A DNA stretch of 63,171 nt, the filler included, from Dicyema japonicum (lineage: Eukaryota; Animalia; Dicyemida): NCBI GenBank assembly GCA_011109175.1. It is 12 parts of 12 records of this genome, joined end to end, with 100 filler letters (N's around TTAATTAATTAA, not from the genome) between each part and the next. Parts side by side here need not be neighbours in the genome. Positions count along the whole stretch, not along the records: positions 24,482 to 32,784 come from RDEW01000041.1; positions 32,885 to 34,984 come from RDEW01000374.1; positions 35,085 to 54,283 come from RDEW01000092.1; 9 more parts are not named here. One strand, given 5' to 3'. Shown here piece after piece: positions 25,900 to 38,165 of this stretch (position 1 is its first letter; every line of letters begins with the position of its first letter). Below the pieces are notes generated by a model. It saw only the letters and a list, made by a program, of their open reading frames with translations, made no database searches and was not told the DNA's origin. The translations under genes were made by a program, and so were the position numbers.

Positions 25900-26290
25900 A
25901 TACACACTATGACCCCGGTTTGAAAAACCAATTTTAAAAAGAAAATTCAAAGGCTTTACAGTTTTTTTAAAAATCATGCCTTCGAATAATTTGTGTGCAC
26001 AGTGTTCTTTATCGACATAATCTATTTCCAAAATTGTTTAGTGAACTTAATTATTATGACAAAAAACTATAATTAAAATAAAATCAACAGTAAGGATGAC
26101 CGACTATTTAAAAAATTTTGCATTTATGCGGATGAAACGTACATAAGTCTATATATCATACTGAGGTTTACAATTAAATTCACGTATTCGCTCGTCATCA
26201 TAGAAAAATGCAGTGAACTCATTTAGTTTGGCAGAATTAAGGATTAAATAAATGTTTCCAAAACTGTGGAACTCGATCTCTTAGATAATC
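25900..26290 (+). mobile_element. Buster-type hAT fragment
   Basis: VHSVLYRHNL and YHTEV remnants (HC..HR..L; HTEVRWLS). Confidence 0.55.
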
Positions 26291-26309
26291 TTGTACTTTA
26301 CAACATTAT

Positions 26310-27240
26310 GTCTTGTTGAAGCCAAACCATGTTCCTACCATTATCGAAGGAAATGATGTCAACCCGTATAGGCGTTTGTCATCGTCTCTGATGAGACCAA
26401 TCGTCTCCAAAATACAGTGGTAACCAGCAGAAGCAAGTGGGATTTTCAACGTCACGTTAAGATAGGCATGCCTTGGAATTCGGTCAGTGCTCAACCTACA
26501 CGACAGTGGATGGTAGCCGTATGAATCGATCAAACGTCCACAGCGACATTTTCGCTCCGCACATACTTTAAGACCAAGATGTAACGAGGCTGCTATTATC
26601 ACTGGCTCATCATGCAGCAGGTTTCCAATCTCAGCACAAAAATAGGCGTTCGACCAGACATCTGCTGAATGGCAGCTAGACGTTTTGAGGAATGTAATTC
26701 TTCTCATATCCCAGTGCTCTCAAGTTATTTCCTCTCTTTTTTTAAAGACACGTCTCGAATACGCTTTCTGATTAGCACCGCCCTCCAGAACATTAATAAT
26801 TATGTCCATAGTCATCAAAATTATATTTAAAATCGCTTCGAGTGTTGACTTAATTTCAGCATTAAGGAGAGATAGGAAATCCTCTTTATCATATCAAGGA
26901 GAACTTTGGAAGTTGAAAAGCATTTTGGGAAACAGAAGACAGTTTTTGAGCAGTAAAAGTTCAACACACCTTTCCAGGATCAATCTATCAGGGAAGACTC
27001 GAATATGATTGTTGACAAAAAAATATTTTGGCGTTCTTTTCATGCTAACGTCAAGGATGACATCTCTTCTAACTGAGTTGAAAGTGTTTCGCAGATCCAA
27101 TTTGAAAAGGGACGCTATAAACTTCAGATGACAGCCTGGCGAACTTCCTTACCAGATGAACCCTCTACTTCGCATTCGCTCTGACTCCCACGCACAGTAG
27201 TAATAGGATTCGCAAGAACCGATCGATAAGCAATATCTCC
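26310..27240 (-). mobile_element. CRE-clade non-LTR retrotransposon fragment (RT plus REL)
   Basis: MDLRNTFNSVRRD, LLKNCLLFPK, IGNLL...LGLKVCAERKCRCG..D.YGYHPLSC...RHA.LN. Confidence 0.85.
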
Positions 27241-28669
27241 AGAAATTTTTAAATAAATGGGAATTAAAAATACTAAAATATAATTCCGAAATTTCAAATA
27301 TTAGAAAAGATATATAAAATAAAGATTTAAAGATTCAAAAAAATTCGAAAACTGAAAATTCTGGTTTTTACAGTGCAGCAATCTCTCCAGAAATTTTTAA
27401 ATTAATGGGAATTAAAAATACTAAAATATAATTCCGAAATTTCAAATATTAGAAAAGATATATAAAATAAAGATTTAAAGATTCAAAAAAATTCGAAAAC
27501 TGAAAATTCTGGTTTTTACAGTGCATTAGTAATTTTTAATTTTTTTCCAAACACAAAGAAGGAACTCTGGGATCATTTGGAGTAGCTCATTAACATTGGC
27601 AATAGGTAAGATTGATCGAAATTTAGATGCTTCACACATGCTGAAAAATCATTAATCATCCCGAATCTGCTAGATTTCCAATCCGTCACTTTTTGAAAAT
27701 CCCACGTCATTGCTGTGTACACAAAGACAATAAGAGCACGTCAATTTCTACATTTAAAACTGAAGGTAAGGAAGTATTATTATTAGTGTCACTAATTTGT
27801 GTTAGTTATTTGACTGGGGAGGCTGGTGGAAATACAATGCGACCCCTAATTGCGGAAACCCAAGTAGTTTGGGGAAATATTTTCGCCATCCCTATAAAAT
27901 ACGATGATTTTAAAGAAGTAAACCCCCTACTGAGGAAAAAATTTATATTATCATAAACGATTCATTAATATATTTCTATANAAATAAAGATTTAAAGATT
28001 CAAAAAAATTCGAGAAACTGAAAATTCTGGTTTTTACAGTGCATTAGTAATTTTTAATTTTTTTCCAAACACAAAGAAGGAACTCTGGGATCATTTGGAG
28101 TAGCTTATTAACATTGGCAATAGGTAAGATTGATCGAAATTTAGATGCTTCACACATGCTGAAAAATCATTAATCATCCCGAATCTGCTAGATTTCCAAT
28201 CCGCCACTTTTTGAAAATCCCACGTCATTACTGTGTACACAAAGACAATAAGAGCACGTCAATTTCTACATTTAAAACTGAAGGTAAGGAAGTATTATTA
28301 TTAGTGTCACTAATTTGTGTTAGTTATTTGACTGGGGAGGCTGGTGGAAATACAATGCGACCCATAATTGCGGAAACCCAAGTAGCGGGGAAACCCTCTA
28401 TTTTGGGGAAATATTTTCGCCATCCCTATAAAATACGATGATTTTAAAGAAGTAAACCCTCTACTGAGGAAAAAATTTATATTATCATAAACGATTCATT
28501 AATATATTTCTATAATTTTTAATTTATTATTATTTATTTATTCTAACCTGTTTTACCAAATTTATTATCAATAATTTTGAAACTTATTTAACCTGGTGAG
28601 TTAGCTAGTTAACCAATTAACCTGGTAAGGAATTGTAATTATTAATTTCTAAAGTTATTCTATAAATTT

Positions 28670-29600
28670 TAGAAAGCGAATGCCTAGAAAACTAAATCAA
28701 GTGAAAAGATCAGAATTTTCAAGGATATACAGTCAGGTCCGTGAACAGGGAAAAAACAGAACGGACAGAGATAAGACGAATGAACAACTCACTCGAAGAT
28801 AAATGGAGAAACATAAAGAAACTTGGCTCTTTACTAGGAGATAGCGAAGACATCATACGGGGAAAAACATCGGCAAATGTGGCATTACAAAGGATAAAAA
28901 TCTTTGGCTAAAACGGACAGGATATAACATAAAACAAATGATTATGTTATACGACACTTTCATCAAACCAATTCTACTATACAACTCTGGGACCTGGGCC
29001 ACCTCTAAAGAGGAATTGGAGAAGCTAGACTCATTTCACAGGAATTATCTAAGAAACATAACTGGAATGTCTTGGCCATCCAAGATCTCGCGGAATGGAC
29101 TGTACAATAAGTGTGACTGTATACCATTTAGCCACGAGATCATTAGCTCTCGTTGGAGACTTTTTGGACACGTTTTGAGGTTACCCTATATCCCCTCCGA
29201 ACATTGCAATGGAAGATTACTACTCCTCCAATGTAAAACGCTTTCGTGGAAGACCGAGAACTACCCTCGCGGTCGTTCTACAAAACGATCTGAAAGCCGT
29301 GAAGAAAACATTGGCATCTAGTGACGATTTGGACTCACTGAGGGACCTAGCAAAGAACAGAAGAGNCTCGAGATTATTTTAATTTTGTCCTGAGGTTGGA
29401 CCCGATATCCCCTCCGAATATCGCAATGGAAGATTACTACTCCTCCAATGTAAAACGCTTTCGTGGAAGACCGAGAACTACCCTCTTGGTCGTTCTACAA
29501 AACGATCTGAAAACCGTGAAGAAAACATTGGCATCTGGTGACGATCTGGACTCACTGAGGGACCTAGCAAAGAACAGAAGAGCTTGGAGCAACCTAACTA
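28670..29600 (+). mobile_element. RTE-like LINE 3' part, tail duplicated across the N at 29366
   Basis: KKLGSLLGDSEDI, FIKPILLYNSGTW, FHRNYLRNI, RWRLFGHVLRL, RGRPRTTL. Confidence 0.85.
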
Positions 29601-29699
29601 ATTCTTTTATATTTTTTGCTGCACATGCTATAAATATTATGGCTCTCGTGAAAGTGCTAATAATAATAATATTTTAATTTGTGATATCAACACAATTTT

Positions 29700-30900
29700 T
29701 TCGCATTCACAATACTTCACTTTTACATACCCTTTTACTTCCATGAATAGATAAAAAGGGATTTTCTTCATGGAAGAATACAAGCTTTTGTTATAATCAT
29801 ACACTACCAAGTCCAATCATGAAATCCATTCTTTATTTTGTTGTATGAAAAGTTTTTTTTGTAACCAACGAGTCAACGTTTGGTTACAACGTTCTACTTG
29901 GTCCTTGAATTGAGAGTGCCTTGGACGACTAAATTATTGTAAAATGTTAAATTCTTTGCATAAAGAATTCACTAGTTCATTTTTAAACTCTTTCCCATTG
30001 TCAGATTGTAAAATCTGAGGAGGTCCAAAACAATAAAAGATAGATCTTAAAGATGAACAAATAACAGTTGCTTCTTTTGAAACGATCGCTTTTGAAAAAC
30101 AAAATTTGGAATATACGTCAATAATATTAAATATATATTTTAAGCCATTATTGGCCTGAGTCCATCGACTTAAATCCACCAATCTTTCTCGAGGAAACTT
30201 TGCTTTAATGTGAATCATAGGAATTTTATCTTTTGAAGGTTGGCTTTGTGCACAAGCTGTACATTCGGAACATACACCACGTATAATGGATCTTTGATGG
30301 TGAAATAATAATTGTCGCAAAATTCTTTCAGTTTATTGATTCCATAATCAAATGCTTTTTCATGCATTCTATCTTCATAGTTTGAATATCGTCCTGAGCA
30401 ATAACACGTTTATGAGCCTCATCATTTGTAAAGAGTTTAGAATTTTCCAACAAAAAAAATTGGCTTTCTTAATAAACCGAAATTTTTGCATTCGTGTAAA
30501 ATTATGGTTGATGATCTTGCATTGTAGATATGAAACAATATCATTGATTCCTGTGAAACGTGTCTAGCCTCGCCAATTCCTCTTCTGAGGTTTCCCTCTG
30601 CCCATGAAGGGCATTTCTTTTGTAATAGTATTTTTCGTTTAGTTTTTTGTATGGATTTCTTTTAACTCCTTTACTGGTTTTCTATGTATCGTCCGACCCA
30701 TACTGGTCATCTCTCGCGTGCCGAGGTACTGGCTTGCTGATTCGTTTATTATATTCTTTGTGCGATCCCCTTTAGTAATTTTGACTGTATCTGGATGAGA
30801 GATCAGTTTTTCCGTTTCGAATCAATTTCTTGTATTCTCATTATTATTGTTTGTAATGTTTTTATATTTCTTATGTTTGATACCATGTTTTGCCAGATTG
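29700..30900 (-). mobile_element. Ginger/KRBA2-like integrase, degraded
   Basis: CSECTACAQ, LVDLSRW, IIDVYSKF, ILQSDNGKEFKN, RPRHSQFQG. Confidence 0.8.
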
Positions 30901-31550
30901 AAGGTATAAATACCATTCTGTGATCGCTGACAGTTGTTAAACCTTCGAATGTGCGTGCGTTTATAAAAGATTTAAAAATTTAAAGAAAATTTAGATTTAA
31001 TAAGATTCGAAAATTTAAATTGTTGTTATGATTTTTTATATTTTTAAATAATCTTATTTTTGCTTGAGGTGGTGACGTTGTTCTTAAAAACTATGTCTGG
31101 AAAACACCGAATTCATNNNNNNNNNNNNNNNNNNNNNNNNNNNNNNNNNNNNNNNNNNNNNNNNNNNNNNNNNNNNNNNNNNNNNNNNNNNNNNNNNNNN
31201 NNNNNNNNNNNNNNNNNNNNNNNNNNNNNNNNNNNNNNNNNNNNNNNNNNNNNNNNNNNNNNNNNNNNNNNNNNNNNNNNNNNNNNNNNNNNNNNNNNNN
31301 NNNNNNNNNNNNNNNNNNNNNNNNNNNNNNNNNNNNNNNNNNNNNNNNNNNNNNNNNNNNNNNNNNNNNNNNNNNNNNNNNNNNNNNNNNNNNNNNNNNN
31401 NNNNNNNNNNNNNNNNNNNNNNNNNNNNNNNNNNNNNNNNNNNNNNNNNNNNNNNNNNNNNNNNNNNNNNNNNNNNNNNNNNNNNNNNNNNNNNNNNNNN
31501 NNNNNNNNNNNNNNNNNNNNNNNNNNNNNNNNNNNNNNNNNNNNNNNNNN

Positions 31551-31810
31551 TAGCGGACAGCCGGTTTTCATTGCCCACTGTAGAAATGACTTTACTCTCC
31601 ACCATAGATGTTCTTTAACATTCAATACGTATTCACATTTTTTGTTAATTATTTCCAAGGTAGCAAGTTGTGCGTCTTTTAATTTTTGAGACGACGATTC
31701 AGAAATTATCGAGCTCCAGAAAGGACATGCGTATTCAATTACTGGCAGTATGTATTGTCTGTGGATTTTCTGTAGTAAGAAGGTGTTGCGCCCGATTGGT
31801 GATCAGGACA
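31551..31810 (-). mobile_element. LINE RT tail fragment
   Basis: HRQYILPVIEYACPFWSS...KLKDAQ. Confidence 0.6.
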
Positions 31811-32430
31811 AAATTTTCAATATGTTGATCCTCTTCATGACCTAGGTAATAAAGTCAATAAAAATTCATTTGCCAGATGTATTGACTCATCTAGCTGTAA
31901 TTCAGTATTTTTTAATTTAAACAAATTTTACTTCCCACGTCGAATATCATGTCATCGATTCGCCTCTGTATTTTTGATTGAAATAGACTTCATAATATTC
32001 TGAAAAAGTTGGTGCATTGCTGTTGTGAAAAAAGTCGAATTGGTGGTATTACAAATTATTTCTTAATTTGTGTGGTTTGTCTGATATGCTGATTAATAAA
32101 GCGACAAGATGCGAAACATAATCATCTCCGCGACTGAAAATATTTTCTCTACCCTCCGTTGAGTTTTGTTTGTCGAATTGGTGGTATTACAAATTATTTC
32201 TCAATTTGTGTGGCTTGTCTGATGTGCTGATTAATAAAGCGACAAGATGCGAAACATAATCATCTCCGCGACTGAAAATAATTTTTCTACCCTCCGTTGG
32301 GTTTTGTTTTTTCAGTAATTCTTTGAAAAAACGTAGATTCGAGATTTATTTAGATGATCTATATTTTTGTATAATACATGAATCATTTGTAAATACTGGC
32401 TCAATTTAGAAAGCTTTAAAGTTAATATTT
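31810..32430 (-). mobile_element. Buster-type hAT N-terminal fragment
   Basis: SHLVALLIS.SDKPH, IQRRIDDM, LQLDES. Confidence 0.65.
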
Positions 32431-32996
32431 TTAGATAAAATTAATTTTTTTAATTTTAACAATTAATAACCTGACATGACAACCAAAATAATCGAACTGA
32501 TAAAATAAAACACTATTCGGTTTCCGGCACTCATTAACACATTCGATATTATTGACCCAAGCGATATTATAAAAGAGACCGTTTTTGGCCCAAAGACTCC
32601 ACTCGTCTCGACAACAATGGGCTGTACATAGAATCTTTAGGAGACTTTTATCTTGAAATTCTCGAAAGTCAGAATTCAGAGCTGCGTCCTCAGTTTTTAA
32701 CGCTGAACCATTTCCCAGCTCAAAAAATAATTTATTTATAATAAAAGTGAAAATGAAAAAAATAAATAAAAACATCTCAGTTTCNNNNNNNNNNNNNNNN
32801 NNNNNNNNNNNNNNNNNNNNNNNNNNNNTTAATTAATTAANNNNNNNNNNNNNNNNNNNNNNNNNNNNNNNNNNNNNNNNNNNNATCCACAAAACATTCA
32901 ATATCATTATTTAATGTTGTATGCTAACAAACCTTCACAGTCTGATCTGATTGGTCAGGTTGAATCTTAACAATCTCAGCACATTGTTTGTGTGAT

Positions 32997-33758
32997 CTAA
33001 TAAATCTCTTTCTTAGCTTCTTCTCTTACATTTTTGTCACGTGCCTCGATTAAAGGTATTACGTCCCTAATCAATCTCTTTACGGATATAATTTTGTTTC
33101 CAAATTGTCTAATATAATTATTAAAGGTAACTCTAAAGATTCTTTCGTAATTTGTAAACATGAAACACATTTTTGTCAAGTGCCTCGATTAGAGGTATTA
33201 CGTCCCTAATCAATCTCTTTACGGATATAATTTTGTTTCCAAATTGTCTAATATAATTATTAAAGGTAACTCTAAAGATTCTTTCATAATTTGTAGACAT
33301 GAAACAACCACTTTTAGATTCTTGTGGAATATATCCTTAAGTAACTCGTCCTGAACAATCTCAGACTTTTCCTTTTTTATATAATTGAGAATAATTTCCA
33401 GGAAAGTTGTTTTGTCTTAGGTTTAGAACCCAAACACTTTGACACAATCATTGAGATTACATCACTTACCATTCTGTTGATTAATTATTAGTACTTTTCA
33501 GCAGTCACAGTATTTGATACAAATGATTGTGCAGCTTCCAAGGCTTTGTCGAGATTATTCATATTCAAATCGCATAATATCTTCGGGACAAGTGATGAGT
33601 ATGTTAACATTTGAGGTTCTTTTTCATTACAGAATTTGAAGAATTTTGACAATTCTGAATATTCAGTAGCCCGTCAGTTCTTCACTATTTACTTTATAAC
33701 TTATTTTATGTACGCATTTCTCTTGAGTCGGTAATTTGGAAAAATCTTTCTCACTCAT
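32997..33758 (-). pseudogene. CKAP5: XMAP215/ch-TOG first TOG domain, 5' fragment
   Basis: MSEKDFSKLPTQEKCVHK...LDKALEAA..FV.N...SKCL..K.KTK...EII..Y...EK.E.VQDELLK....KN.KVVV.CL...L/FGNKII..K...PL.E.RDKNVREEAK. Introns 33704-33685 (20 nt, donor mutated to AT), 33494-33474 (21 nt), 33270-33248 (23 nt); frameshifts and stops. Confidence 0.88.
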
Positions 33759-33929
33759 AATTAATAGCACAGCACCGCATTATCAAATATTTAATTATTA
33801 CAAAACATTATTATAATGTGTCATTATTTAATATAAATTTTTTATATTGGGATAAGTTAATGTCTTTTTTAAGTTTGACGTCATCTGGTCATAAATTTGA
33901 GTTTGACGTCATCTGGTCCACTTTTAACG

Positions 33930-34980
33930 GTGCGTTAGGTGCTTCCATGCACAAAAAGGACCACTCTCTTCTCCCATCTGGATCCGTTTTCCAGACGACA
34001 ACTCCCAGACATCTGCCTCCTCTGGACGAAAGGCCTAGCCATCTTACTTTCGGGAGATGTTGAGCTGAATCCAGGGCCTCAACTAAGCACACTGCTTCTG
34101 AACGTCAATGGAATAAGAGGGAAAGTACAAGAGTTACTGACATATCTAAAAAAACAAAGTATCGATGTGGATGCCATCCAAGAAACAAGATTAACATATT
34201 CCATTACTCCGGTCCTATTAGAACAATTCACTGCCTTGTCTATTCTTAACAACCCGAAGACCCACACGAGGACCCATTATAAGAATAACGAATGCTTTAC
34301 TCCGATATATATAANCAACTAAGCACACTGCTTCTGAACGTCAATGGAATAAGAGGGAAAGTACAAGAGTTACTGGCATATCTAAAAAAACAAAGTATCG
34401 ATGTGGATGTCATCCAAGAAACAAGACTAACATATTCCATTACTCCGGTTATATTAGAACAATTCACGGCCTTGTCTATTCTTAACAACCCAAAGACCCA
34501 CACTAGGACCCATTATAAGAATAACGAATGCTTTACTCCGATATATATAACGGCCCACTTGTTTTCGGCCATCTCATGGTCAGTAGACTACGATCTTAAT
34601 TCGGATCACAATCCAATCATCGTCGGGATCAAAAAAGCTTTTCCACGCATAAAAAACTATCTCCTTTTTCATCTACAAGAGGGCCAAATAGGAAGGATTC
34701 TCCAACTTCACCGACACAATATTAAAAAAATTTGATGCTAAACTGTTCAAATTAATTGATGAAGCTGTCAAGTGCTTAAACGTGGCGATCTTATTGGGTG
34801 GAATTTATTTAGTCAAAAATGCACTTTCAACAGTTACAGCGAAAATCTGGAGCGGGAAATAAATATCTGGAGCGGGAGATAAATCAATGAAAGGAACCTT
34901 CTTAAAAAGAATGTCAAATCAAGAACCTCACTGATTCTATAACTGAGAATCTCAAAGCATCACAGAGAAATAGATTGGAA
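33930..34980 (+). mobile_element. 5' part of an APE-type LINE with a 2A-like peptide before the endonuclease
   Basis: ORF 33939: ...GLAILLSGDVELNPGP then LLNVNGIRGK, IQETRL and later SDHNPI (APE motifs); internal deletion; duplicated across the N at 34315. Confidence 0.85.
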
Positions 34981-35084
34981 AACCNNNNNNNNNNNNNNNN
35001 NNNNNNNNNNNNNNNNNNNNNNNNNNNNTTAATTAATTAANNNNNNNNNNNNNNNNNNNNNNNNNNNNNNNNNNNNNNNNNNNN

Positions 35085-36700
35085 TTCCGGTGTTCAAAAC
35101 ATGGTGAACATCTCAAAATGTACATCATTTTCGACACGGAAATACATTTCTTGAGCAAAAAGTAAGACACATGTGGATCCAAAGATGATACTCTCTTTGT
35201 AAAGGCTTCAACTTCATTATTCTTACTGATAAGCATTTTTCCAGCTAGTCGTTTTTGAGATGGCAGCCAAGGAAGTTTACCTTGTCCAAAAAAGATATGC
35301 TGAAACCTGGAAGTAGGGATCTGAATTCTTGTCAGGCAGTAGAAAAGTTTGGAGATGTGCAGGTAATATTGATCAGTTCTGATTTCATAACGTTGACACT
35401 TAAACTCAATTCGTTTAGAGCTGGAATGGTTGAAGAAATATCCTGATATACGTTCTCCCATGGGCCAGCTATTGTGGGGTCGTCCATGTACCACAGGTTG
35501 AGTTCACAGTTTATGCTTCGTGTCAATTGTCATTGCAAAAAGCAAAGGCCCTAGAGGGTCTCCTTGCTGATCGCTTGTGCGTGAATAAACGATATCGTTT
35601 CCGTAAACTAAGGCTCAGTACGTCCCATACGATAAATGTACAAGTCGTCTAATCTCTGGAGCTCTCTTCCAAAAGGTTTCCAAAGTACAGTCTCTCCTCA
35701 GCGTGTTGATAGCATTTGATATATCAAGCTTCAGGCTTAGCCTTAGGGTCTGGGTATTATTGTTGTTGAAGTAACTCCTCGCGGCGTGGACTGCTGCCTC
35801 GNAACCCAATGCCCCCATTTCTCGCAGGTTGTTTGCACATAGTCCAGTCCAGATCATCGAATTTGACATTCAGTATTGACTCCGCCGATCGTCTCAGAGT
35901 CCCATCAGCCGACAATAGTGCATTCCGGTGTTCAAAACATGGTGAACATCTCTTCCAACAGGTTTCCAAAATACAGTCTCTTCTCAGCGTGTTGAAGGCA
36001 TTTGATATATCAAGCTTCAGGCCTAGCCTTTAAGTCTGGGAATTATTGTTGTTGAAGTAACTCCTCGCGGCGTGGACTGCTGCCTCGCAACCGCCGGTCA
36101 CTCCTACCCCAAGTTGAGTAGGGAATAGCTCTTCAAGAACATTGTGGGAGACTCTCCGGGCAGCGATTTTTTCAGCAAGCCTTCGAAAGTACGTACCGAT
36201 TTCAATTGGGCGGACACCTCCATCTCCTTTTCGGAATGCCATTAGATGTCCACAAAAAAGAAGATCTCTAGCAAATTTTGGAATATCACCATTAACTATT
36301 CGAGTGAGCAGCAAGGTGATAGACGTTAACAAGGCACGGCCGGCTTCAGCAGTAGCTCAAAGGTTAAGTCCTTTATATGGCTTGGGCGCAGTCCGTCCAG
36401 GCCTCCACAGCTATTGAGTGCAAAAGACTTTATTCCTCGCACTGTTTCAAATTCCGTGGGAGTAAATGCCGGAAGGTCTTCTGGCATTTTCAAGTTCCGC
36501 TGGTTCGGTAGTGGAGCAGGGTGCTTCCTTCTCAATAACTCCAAGACTTCAGGTTTCAACAGCGCTTCGTCACAAAATACCACTCTCACAGCTGTGCGAA
36601 CGTCCCCTTCTATTAATTTTCGGTTCACCCTTTCTCGAAATGCTTTAGAATTTTCCTGTTTACTCCCAGCTTTTGTAGACAACTGTTTGCACCGAAATAC
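35085..36700 (-). mobile_element. CRE-clade element, N-terminal region and RT
   Basis: KLIEGDVRTAVR, KHPAP, GGLDGLRP, FRKGDGGVRPIEIG, QLGVGVTGGCEAAVHA, LKLDISNA, QGDPLGPLLF, WYMDD, YILRCSP. Confidence 0.9.
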
Positions 36701-37365
36701 TTGATCAGGCTCGATTCCAGAGTCGGAAATGAAGTCTAGCTTACCTTGCCCACATCTAGGGACTCTCCTTGACGAAAACAGCTTGAGGATCGGGGTGGCA
36801 CTGCGCCTAGGACTGGACATATGACAGAGACACAAATGCCGTTGCAGCGGGGACGTTGATACGAAAGAATTACATCCACTCTCTTGCCGACAGAGTGCTG
36901 GTCGAGCCCCGCGCCACACAGCCATCAATGACATCATTTTTCGAGCCCTCAGGCTGCGGGATTTCCGGCCCAATTGGAACCATTGGGCTTAGACAGAGGC
37001 GACGGGAAGAGGCCGTAAGAATTACGTTATTCCCATACTTCCACGGAAAATCACTCTTCTGGGACGCAACGTGTGTGGACACCTTCTCAGGAACCAGATT
37101 GCTGACGGCGACGCACTCTCCTAAAGACGCAGTCGACCAGGCGAAGGTCAAGAAAATCCATAAGTACGAATCTTTCGGAGACCATTACCATTTCGCCCCC
37201 ATTGCTGCGGAGACAACTGGAACTGTAAGCGCAAAGACGAAGGCCTTTCTCCACAGCATTGGAAGCAAACTCGCCTCAAAAAGGTGCGAGCCACGGGAGT
37301 GACTCTGGTTGAAGCAGAGGCTCGAAATGGCGATTATCAGAGGTAGCGCCTTCGCCATTCTGTCG
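36700..37365 (+). mobile_element. CRE-clade element 3' part (REL endonuclease), opposite orientation to the adjoining RT
   Basis: LGTLLDENSLRIGVALRLG, CRC...HPLSC...RH..IND, LFWDATCVDT, FAPIAAETTG, MAIIRG. Confidence 0.9.
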
Positions 37366-37969
37366 TTTTAATTATTGCCTAATTTTCATTATTTTAAATA
37401 ACAATTTATTAACGAAAGAGTCATGAGTTATTTGGAGGGGAATTAAATCTGAGTCTTACCTCGACTTGGACTTTGCACCACGACCCTCTCTCCGTAAGTA
37501 TTCTCTCAAATCGGTTCTTTCTGTGATGGCTCCGATCAATAAAAAATTACTTATTCAAGTGTCCAGCACTTGTATTGACTGTCTATCTCGCATCAACATT
37601 TTCGGGAGCGACATAAATGTAGTCTACTGTAGAAAAGGGAAGAAATACGAAGGGGTCCTGAACCGGTTCACGTTTGGGAAATTGCCGTAAAACAATTAGA
37701 GATATGAACAAAAAGTCTGTCTCTTCTCAAGAGACTGGGAGCTCTGAATATATTCATAAGTCATGTTCATCAACACAGACGGATACATATCGTTCATTCA
37801 GTCGCTAATTTTACCTTTTCTTGTGAAGTGCCCTTTAAAAAGTAAGCACTTCCGAGTTGCCGTAAGCACGCAAAATGCCTAGGGTTTCGCTCATGCAGAA
37901 CACACACTTTATTTAAGTAAAGAACAGTTATTATAACTAATCGTAGAGAGAACCAAAGAATGCTCTTCA

Positions 37970-38165
37970 CTTTTTTGTTTTCTTTTTTTTGTGGGTATGT
38001 CCCTTTAAACTATCCAGTTCCGCAGTGAATCTCCACTGATGACGGCGTCACTCTTCAAGCCCTTTTTGCATCGTAGATGCGTGGAACCTTCCACCAGGTG
38101 AACAGCAGCGAGAATCGAACCCGTGACTTAAACCACTTAGTTCGACACCTAACCACTGTGCCCTT
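37970..38165 (-). mobile_element. Probable tRNA-derived SINE
   Basis: Minus strand: A-box-like TGGTTAGG (38155-38148) and B-box GGTTCGATTCT (38121-38111), no full cloverleaf, about 120 nt of body, A-rich tail near 37970-37990. Confidence 0.55.

Noticed and set aside
26385-26415. Hammerhead ribozyme cores (CTGATGA here and at 10755, 24853, 38037, 43357, 51750)
   Set aside because: No downstream GAAA with matching stems; several lie inside TE coding sequence.
31060-31689. Long ORFs spanning N runs (also 45111-45719, 9688-9888, 61133-61375)
   Set aside because: Produced by translating gaps and linkers.
32431-32775. 114-aa Cys/Trp-rich ORF
   Set aside because: No family recognised, low-complexity ends, and it sits at a contig edge next to hAT debris; cannot be supported as a gene.
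36326-36973. 215-aa ORF as a single novel protein
   Set aside because: Its first half is the antisense of the plus-strand CRE REL part; it is a chance read-through across the inversion junction.
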